From an uncultured Gemmatimonadales bacterium (GTDB taxonomy: Bacteria; Gemmatimonadota; Gemmatimonadetes; Gemmatimonadales; GWC2-71-9): a stretch of DNA of 64,000 nt. Below the pieces are notes generated by a model. The model was not told where the DNA came from, ran no database searches, and saw only the letters and a list, made by a program, of their open reading frames with translations. Position numbers and translations under genes: made by a program. Where the stretch lies: positions 1 through 64,000 of the forward strand of contig CAVVKJ010000010.1 in NCBI GenBank assembly GCA_963748815.1. The letters are read 5' to 3'. The first letter of the stretch is position 1. Each line of letters starts with the position of its first letter. This document shows positions 57,823 to 64,000 of this stretch, one piece after another.

Positions 57823-59871
57823 ATGCCGCCACCGCCACCGACTCTATCCCACCCCACGTATCGGCCGGATATCGATGGGCTGAGGGCAATCGCAGTGCTG
57901 GCGGTGATCGTGTTCCACGCGTTCCCCCGCGCATTGAGGGGCGGCTTTGTCGGTGTGGACGTCTTCTTCGTCATCTCCGGCTACCTGATCTCCACCATTC
58001 TCTTCCAGAACCTGGGCCGGGGCACGTTCAGCTTCACCGTGTTCTACGCCCGCCGCATCAAGCGCATCTTTCCCGCACTGCTCGTGGTCCTGGTCGCCTG
58101 CTACGCCTTCGGCTGGTTCGCGCTGCTCGCGGACGAGTACAAGCAACTCGGCAAACACATCGCCGCCGGCGCCGGCTTCGTCTCCAACATCGCGCTGTGG
58201 GGTGAAGCGGGGTACTTCGACAACTCGGCGGAGACCAAGCCCCTGCTGCACCTGTGGAGCCTCGGCATCGAAGAGCAGTTCTACATCGCCTGGCCGCTGC
58301 TGCTCTGGATCGCATGGAAACGAAACGTCAGCCTCCTGACCGTCACGGTCCTGGTCGCCGTCGTGTCGTTCGGCCTCAATCTCCGCGAGGTGCGGACCGA
58401 CGCCGCGGCCGCCTTCTATGCCCCGCAGACGCGGGTCTGGGAGCTGCTTTGCGGCAGCGTCCTCGCCTGGGTCGGGCTGTATCGACGGGAGGCCGTCGTC
58501 ACCCTGCGAGTGAAGCTCGACCGCTGGCTCTCGGCGCGGCTCGGTCGTGCGCAGCCTGACCTCGGGGGCACGGCCCTGCCCAATCTCCTGGCCTGGAGTG
58601 GGGTCGGGTTCCTGGCCTACGGATTCGGGCAGATCAACGGGAACCTCAGCTTTCCCGGCGCCTGGGCGCTGCTCCCCGTGCTGGGGACCGTCCTGCTCAT
58701 CGCGGCGGGTCCGACGGCGTGGGTGAATCGCACGATCCTGTCCCACCGGATCGCCGTGTCGATCGGCCTGATCAGTTATCCGCTGTATTTGTGGCATTGG
58801 CCGCTGCTGTCGTTCGCGAGAATCGTCGAGAGCGAGACCCCTGGGCCGGCCATCCGCAGTACGGCGGTTGCCGTCTCCCTGCTGCTCGCCTGGCTCACCT
58901 ACCGGCTTGTGGAGCGTCCTCTGCGTTTCGGAAAGGCCGGCAGGGGGAAGGTCGCGGCCCTCGTCGGGCTGATGGCCATCGTGGGGTCCGTCGGCTTCGA
59001 CACCTTTCGCCGGGAGGGGTATGACTTCAGGGCGTCGGTGCAGGGATTCGCCAACAACAAGAACGAGTTGGTCAGGACGCCGGCTACTGACCCTGAATGC
59101 CTCGAGTACGTCGGCACGACGGCGCCGCTGTTCCCCTACTGCAGATTCACCAGGGCGGGGGGAGCCGAGACCGTGGCCGTCATCGGAGATAGCCACGCAC
59201 ATGTCGCGTACCCCGGCATCGCTGACAGTCTCAGGGCGATGGGGATCAACACGGTGCTGCTCGCCAACAGCGGCTGCCCTCCGCTGCTCGGCGTCCCCAT
59301 CCCCGGGAGGACGGACCCTGACCCGCGGGCGTGCCAGCACCGGATCGATGAGCTGCTCGAGGTAGTGTTGCGTCGCGGGGACATTCGGCGGGTCGTCTTC
59401 GTGGCGCGAGGACCCATCTATTTCACGGGAACGGTGCCGCTCTCCGGCGATCGCGACGTGCTGCGGGGATCGGCGGTCTCGCTCGCCGAGTACCAGGCAG
59501 GAACCCAGCGGACCATCGACCGGCTCGTCGCAGGCGGCAAGGCGGTCTTCTACGTCACCGAGAATCCGGAGTTGAGCAGCCTGCCTGCGGCGTGCATTGT
59601 CCGGCCGCTCAGGGTGCACGCGAAGGATTGCCGCGTCGAGCGGACGTCGGTGCTATCCCGCCAGGGGGACTACCTGGCCATGGTGGAGGCGCTGTCGGGC
59701 GCCACGGTGATTGAGGGGATCGCCATTTTTTGCCCAACCGAGCGGTGCCTGGTCTTCGACTCGGCAGGCGCGCTCCTGTATGCAGATGACCACCACCTGT
59801 CCGTCGCGGGAAGCCGGTTCCAGGCCAGGGCGGTGTTGCCGAGCCTCCTTGGCCCGCAAGTCCCGGAGTGA
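57823..59871 (+). CDS. Acyltransferase-3 + SGNH O-acetyltransferase (OafA/YrhL family)
   Basis: YRPDIDGLRAIAV, GGFVGVDVFFVISGYLI, HLWSLGIEEQFY, SYPLYLWHWP, IGDSHA, DDHHLS. Confidence 0.92.
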   Translation: MPPPPPTLSHPTYRPDIDGLRAIAVLAVIVFHAFPRALRGGFVGVDVFFVISGYLISTILFQNLGRGTFSFTVFYARRIKRIFPALLVVLVACYAFGWFALLADEYKQLGKHIAAGAGFVSNIALWGEAGYFDNSAETKPLLHLWSLGIEEQFYIAWPLLLWIAWKRNVSLLTVTVLVAVVSFGLNLREVRTDAAAAFYAPQTRVWELLCGSVLAWVGLYRREAVVTLRVKLDRWLSARLGRAQPDLGGTALPNLLAWSGVGFLAYGFGQINGNLSFPGAWALLPVLGTVLLIAAGPTAWVNRTILSHRIAVSIGLISYPLYLWHWPLLSFARIVESETPGPAIRSTAVAVSLLLAWLTYRLVERPLRFGKAGRGKVAALVGLMAIVGSVGFDTFRREGYDFRASVQGFANNKNELVRTPATDPECLEYVGTTAPLFPYCRFTRAGGAETVAVIGDSHAHVAYPGIADSLRAMGINTVLLANSGCPPLLGVPIPGRTDPDPRACQHRIDELLEVVLRRGDIRRVVFVARGPIYFTGTVPLSGDRDVLRGSAVSLAEYQAGTQRTIDRLVAGGKAVFYVTENPELSSLPAACIVRPLRVHAKDCRVERTSVLSRQGDYLAMVEALSGATVIEGIAIFCPTERCLVFDSAGALLYADDHHLSVAGSRFQARAVLPSLLGPQVPE

Positions 59872-59892
59872 CGGAAGGCCAGCGGGTCGCGC

Positions 59893-60345
59893 CTACACAC
59901 CCTTCTCAGCAAGGAGCTGAAAGAACTCCTCGGCCGAACTCAGCTTCGCCAGCAGTTCCGGCACCCCCGGTTCCTTGGCCAGCTGGGCAATCTTGCCGAG
60001 GGTCGGCAGGTACTGGTTGGACATCTCGTTCGGCGGCGCGACGATGAGAAAGACGTGGTGGACCGGCTGTCCGTCGGCGGCGTCGAAGGTCAGTCCCGTC
60101 GGGGAGTGGCCATAGGCAAGCTGCAGGCGACTGACCACGAGGGAGCGGCAGTGCGGCACCGCGACACCTCGCCCCACGCCGGTGGAGCCGAGCGTTTCCC
60201 GGCGGTGGAGCATCTTCAATAGCGTATCCGCGGATTTCTCGTCGACGTGCAACAGGGCCACCATTTCGGCGAGCGCCTCGTCCTTGGTGGTGGCGCGGAG
60301 CGGCAGCTGCACGGCGTCGGGCGCAAAGAATTCTCGAAGATGCAT
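59893..60345 (-). CDS. PTS EIIA (Ntr/fructose-type) single-domain protein
   Basis: RETLGSTGVGRGVAVPHCR, FDAADGQPV. Confidence 0.92.
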   Translation of the reverse strand: MHLREFFAPDAVQLPLRATTKDEALAEMVALLHVDEKSADTLLKMLHRRETLGSTGVGRGVAVPHCRSLVVSRLQLAYGHSPTGLTFDAADGQPVHHVFLIVAPPNEMSNQYLPTLGKIAQLAKEPGVPELLAKLSSAEEFFQLLAEKGV

Positions 60346-60427
60346 GACGCGGAAGCTAATCGGCGCCCGGAATGCGTGTCAAATCCCTATCATTGCTCGG
60401 TTTAGGCCGCGGCCGTATTTTGGAGGC

Positions 60428-61411
60428 ATGCGGCTCCCCTATCCTGCTCCCCACGACTTCACCCTGGTCCTGGCTCCCATGGCCGGGGTCTCGGAGCCCC
60501 CCTTCCGCCAGATCTGCCGGCGGATGGGGGCCGACGTCGTCCTGTCGGAGTTCCTTTCCTCCGAGGCGATCCGCCGGCGGATCCGGAACACGCTCGAGGG
60601 GGCGGAGTTCGAGGAGTGCGAGCGCCCGATCGGCATCCAGATTTACGGCGCCGACCCCGCGGCCATGGCCGAGGCCACCGCGCTCATCACCGAGCACTAC
60701 AAGCCGGAATTCATCGACATCAACTTCGGATGCCCCGTCAAGAAGGTGGTCAAGCGCAACGGCGGGTCGGGGTGCCTTCGCGAGCCGCAACTGATTACCG
60801 ACATCATCCGCGCCTGCGTCGGGGCGACCCACCTGCCGGTGACGGTGAAGACGCGCAGCGGGTGGAACGACGAGATGCGTGACCCGGTCGGCATCGCGCT
60901 GCGCATGCAGGACGCGGGGGCGCGGGCGTTCACGCTGCATGCGCGGACGCGGACCCAGATGTATTCCGGCAGGGCGAACTGGGATGAGATCGCCCGCGTC
61001 GTGGAGGCGCTCGACATTCCCGTGCTGGGCAATGGCGACGTGCAGACACCCGAAGACGTCGTGCGGATGCGGGATCACACGGGGGCGGCCGGCGTCATGG
61101 TCGGGCGCGGCGCCTTCGGCAACCCGTGGCTCTTCCGCGATGCCCGGGCGTTGCTCGAAGGCCGCCCGAAGCCCGAGGCGCCGACGGCCGCCGAACGATT
61201 CGAGCTGGCGCTGACCCACGCCCGACTCGCGCTCCGGCTCCAGGGCGACAGCCGCAAGACGGTGGTCGAGTTCCGGAAACACTTCGGCTGGTACACCAAG
61301 GGGCTGCACGGTTCGAGCGAACTCCGCCAGCGGCTCTTCCAGGTGGAGTCGATCGCGGAGGCCGAGCGGATCTTCGTCGAGTACCTCGCCCCGCTGGCGC
61401 AGCTGGCGTGA
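60428..61411 (+). CDS. dusB: tRNA-dihydrouridine synthase B
   Basis: LAPMAG, IDINFGCP, LHARTR, GNGD, MVGRGAFGNPW. Confidence 0.93.
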   Translation: MRLPYPAPHDFTLVLAPMAGVSEPPFRQICRRMGADVVLSEFLSSEAIRRRIRNTLEGAEFEECERPIGIQIYGADPAAMAEATALITEHYKPEFIDINFGCPVKKVVKRNGGSGCLREPQLITDIIRACVGATHLPVTVKTRSGWNDEMRDPVGIALRMQDAGARAFTLHARTRTQMYSGRANWDEIARVVEALDIPVLGNGDVQTPEDVVRMRDHTGAAGVMVGRGAFGNPWLFRDARALLEGRPKPEAPTAAERFELALTHARLALRLQGDSRKTVVEFRKHFGWYTKGLHGSSELRQRLFQVESIAEAERIFVEYLAPLAQLA

Positions 61412-62172
61412 GTCCCGAGCGGCTGGTCGCGCTGCTGGCAGAGGTCTCGGCCGGCACGGTGACGCCCGCGGCTGCGCTGGAGCAGCTCCGGCATTTTCCC
61501 TCCGAACATCTTCCCTTCGCCAGCCTCGACCATCACCGTGCGCTCCGGCAGGGCCAGCCGGAGGTCATCTTCTGCTCCGGGAAGACGGTGGAGCAGGTGG
61601 TGGCCATCGCCGGGCGACTTGTGGCCGCCTCGGGCGGCTTCCTGGGGACCCGCGCCACGCCGGAGCAGGCGGAGGCGCTACGGGCGGTCCATCCCGACCT
61701 GCAGTGGCATCCGTTGGCACGCACGGTCTTCCTGCCGGCTCCGTCCCGTCCGGGACCGACGGGGAAGGGCACCGTCCTGGTGGTCTGCGCCGGCACCAGC
61801 GACCTGCCGGTGGCGGAGGAGGCCGCGGTGGTCGCCGAGGCGTTCGGCAACCGGGTGGAGCGATTGGTGGATGTCGGGGTGGCCGGGCTCCATCGACTGA
61901 TGGCGCAGGGCGACCGACTGCGCGAGGCGGCGGTGGTGATCGTGGTCGCCGGCATGGAGGGGGCGCTGCCGAGCGTGGTCGGTGGGCTGGTCGGCGTGCC
62001 GGTCATCGCCGTCCCGACCAGCGTGGGATACGGCGCGTCGTTCGGGGGCGTGGCCGCGCTGCTCGGCATGCTGAACAGTTGCGCCGCCGGCGTCACCGTG
62101 GTGAACATCGACAACGGCTTTGGCGCGGCGGCCGCCGCGACGCGGATCAACCAGGTGGGGCCCGCCGAATGA
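61408..62172 (+). CDS. larB: Nickel-pincer cofactor biosynthesis protein LarB (PurE-like)
   Basis: LDHHRALRQG.PEVI, AGTSDLPVAEEA, DVGVAGLHR, AGMEGALPSV, VPTSVGYG, VNIDNGFGAA. Confidence 0.93.
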   Translation: MSPERLVALLAEVSAGTVTPAAALEQLRHFPSEHLPFASLDHHRALRQGQPEVIFCSGKTVEQVVAIAGRLVAASGGFLGTRATPEQAEALRAVHPDLQWHPLARTVFLPAPSRPGPTGKGTVLVVCAGTSDLPVAEEAAVVAEAFGNRVERLVDVGVAGLHRLMAQGDRLREAAVVIVVAGMEGALPSVVGGLVGVPVIAVPTSVGYGASFGGVAALLGMLNSCAAGVTVVNIDNGFGAAAAATRINQVGPAE

Positions 62173-63080
62173 TCGAGACCGTGCTGCGACGCACCGGGCC
62201 GGAGTTGGAGTGGCTCGACGTCACCGGGCCGTCCCCGGACGAACTGTCCGGCCTCGCCGAGACCTACCGGCTGCATCCCCTCGCCCTGCAGGATTGCCTC
62301 GATCCCGAGCATCTCCCCAAACATGAGCGCCTCGGCGACGCCACGTTCGTCATCGTCCGGGCCTACGACGAGGCGTCGGCGTCCGACGGGGTGACGATTC
62401 AGCAGATGACCCGGAAGGTGGCGGTCTTCACCGGGTCCACCTTCCTCCTGATGGTGCACCGGAAGGCGATGCCCTTCCTCGACGCCTTCAAGGCGAGCTG
62501 GGCCGGTCGCGAACCAGCGCAGGCCAGCGTGGACCGGATCCTGGTCGAATTGATCGCGGCGGTCGTGGATACCTACGGCAAGCCGCTGGACGAGGCGGAA
62601 CGGATCCTGGACGATTTCGAGGAGGCGCTCTTCGACGGGCTCCGGGCCGAGGCGGGACTCGAGGAGATTCACCTGGTGAAGCGAAGGGTGACGCTGATCA
62701 AGCGCACTCTCTGGCAGACGCTGGCGGTCGTCCAGAAACTGCATCCGCCGTCGGAGGGACCCTCGCCGATCTACCAGGATCTCCGGGAGACGATCGAAAG
62801 CCTGCACGCCCAGGCCGACGAGCTGCAGCAGAACGTCACGAATCTCCAGTCGATCCAGCTCAGCATCGCCTCGCATCGCACCAACGAGGTGATGCGCGTC
62901 CTGACCGTCTTCTCGGCCTTCTTCCTGCCGTTGACGTTCATTGTCGGCATCTACGGGATGAACTTCCGCCGGATGCCCGAGCTGGAGTGGCACTACGGAT
63001 ATCCCGTCACGATCGGGGTGATGGCCGGGGTGTGCCTGGGCATCTATCTCTGGTTCCGCCACCGGGGATGGATGCGGTGA
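62169..63080 (+). CDS. corA: CorA-family divalent cation transporter
   Basis: LHPLALQD, TNEVMRVLT, GIYGMNF..MPEL. Confidence 0.93.
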   Translation: MIETVLRRTGPELEWLDVTGPSPDELSGLAETYRLHPLALQDCLDPEHLPKHERLGDATFVIVRAYDEASASDGVTIQQMTRKVAVFTGSTFLLMVHRKAMPFLDAFKASWAGREPAQASVDRILVELIAAVVDTYGKPLDEAERILDDFEEALFDGLRAEAGLEEIHLVKRRVTLIKRTLWQTLAVVQKLHPPSEGPSPIYQDLRETIESLHAQADELQQNVTNLQSIQLSIASHRTNEVMRVLTVFSAFFLPLTFIVGIYGMNFRRMPELEWHYGYPVTIGVMAGVCLGIYLWFRHRGWMR

Positions 63081-64000
63081 TGGTCCCCTGGCTCCTGGCC
63101 CTCGGGGCAGGGGTCGCCCTCGGAGTCCTGGCGGGCCGTCGACTGCGCCCGTCCCACCCGCCGCCGTTCGGAAGACTCCCCGACGCCGCCACCCCCCACC
63201 TCCTTCCCGACCCCGCGCTCGAGTGGCTCCGGCGGGCGGTGGCCGCCCGCGGGGTCTGGGCGGTCGAGACCAAGGGTCCGGGGAAGGGAGCGCGAACGTA
63301 TCAGAGCATCGACCCCGACTGGCGCGTGGCCGAGGGCGTGCTCGAGGTGATCGAGCAGCGGCTCGGCGCCGCTTCCGGCCGGGATGGGGAGGGGGTCGAG
63401 CGCCTGGAGCCGGGATTCCTCCTCACCGCCTCGGCCGGTGGCGCCGTGGTCGCCGCGCTGCTGCCGTCCGATGTGTCCCAGGCGATCCAGGCGTCGGTCC
63501 GGAACGACCTCGCCGCCTTGCTCGATGGCATCGGCCGGCGCCCGGTGCTCCACGACCTGGCCCAGGTGCAGGACGGGCTGGCCATCGAGTCGGTCGAAAG
63601 TGTGGGGATGCGCCTGGCCTACCAGGTGGAACGGATCGCCGGGGCCGAGGCATACGTGGCCGCGATCGGAAGGTGCGGGTGCACGGGTGATCGGCGTGTC
63701 GGGACTCGCGGACCGCCGGACGCTTGGGCAGGTCCTTCCCACCGACGCCGTCGCTTGCGCGAGTGGCGCGGGGTGCCGAGCCAGACGCATCGGCAGTGGC
63801 GACCCGATGGGGGTTCGGCGATCGATCGGCGCCGGCACCCGCCGGCCAGGGTGACGCCCATGCTGCAACATGATCAGGCCATCGGCGCGGTCGCCTGGCG
63901 GGTGCCCGACGGCGGCCTCGTCGCCCCCAGGACAGTCCACGAGGTGGACGAGGCGATCCGCGCCGCGACGCCCCGGCTCGAGATGGCACTGCGACTCGCC
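63080..64000 (+). CDS. Membrane-anchored hypothetical protein, partial (runs off the window; probable frameshift near 63670)
   Basis: ATG overlaps the corA stop; N-terminal TM MVPWLLALGAGVALGVLAG; long GC3-rich frame. Confidence 0.55.
   Translation, partial: MVPWLLALGAGVALGVLAGRRLRPSHPPPFGRLPDAATPHLLPDPALEWLRRAVAARGVWAVETKGPGKGARTYQSIDPDWRVAEGVLEVIEQRLGAASGRDGEGVERLEPGFLLTASAGGAVVAALLPSDVSQAIQASVRNDLAALLDGIGRRPVLHDLAQVQDGLAIESVESVGMRLAYQVERIAGAEAYVAAIGRCGCTGDRRVGTRGPPDAWAGPSHRRRRLREWRGVPSQTHRQWRPDGGSAIDRRRHPPARVTPMLQHDQAIGAVAWRVPDGGLVAPRTVHEVDEAIRAATPRLEMALRLA

Noticed and set aside
57795..59892. att duplication of the guaA 3' end
   Set aside because: Only a GGAGT-sized match near 59866, too short to be meaningful.

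Overview
A very GC-rich bacterial chromosome segment. Gene order and protein style suggest Gemmatimonadota, but this is inference and was not tested. Most of the window is core housekeeping: xseAB-ispA-dxs-nadK-recN, galK, aroA-cmk-rpsA, an acyl-CoA carboxylase set, rplM-rpsI-rpsB-tsf-pyrH-frr-uppS-cdsA-dxr-rseP-rpsO-pnp, ald-dut-mreBCD-mrdA-rodA, accD-folC-hisS-proS-lysA-guaA and dusB-larB-corA. Many essential genes carry 1-bp frameshifts, most likely long-read or consensus errors, so coordinates of broken genes are approximate. The accessory part (about 5.8-18.8 kb) holds the two best leads. (1) A tRNA-Leu(UAA) has its 3' part repeated exactly (51 bp) 1.66 kb downstream, enclosing one lipoprotein gene and no integrase, which looks like a minimal tRNA islet. 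(2) A membrane-anchored SARP/BTAD-TPR regulator sits divergent from a blue-copper lipoprotein plus di-heme MauG/peroxidase-family operon, with three heptamers phased at exactly 11 bp in the spacer. Intergenic regions carry layered palindromic elements: CGTC-type REPs, 7-9 bp unit repeats and MITE-like inverted repeats. One 8-bp unit also lies in frame inside rlmD and lysA. A degenerate 29-bp dyad recurs before rpsO, mreB, accD and hisS. No CRISPR array, rRNA, transposase or integrase was seen.
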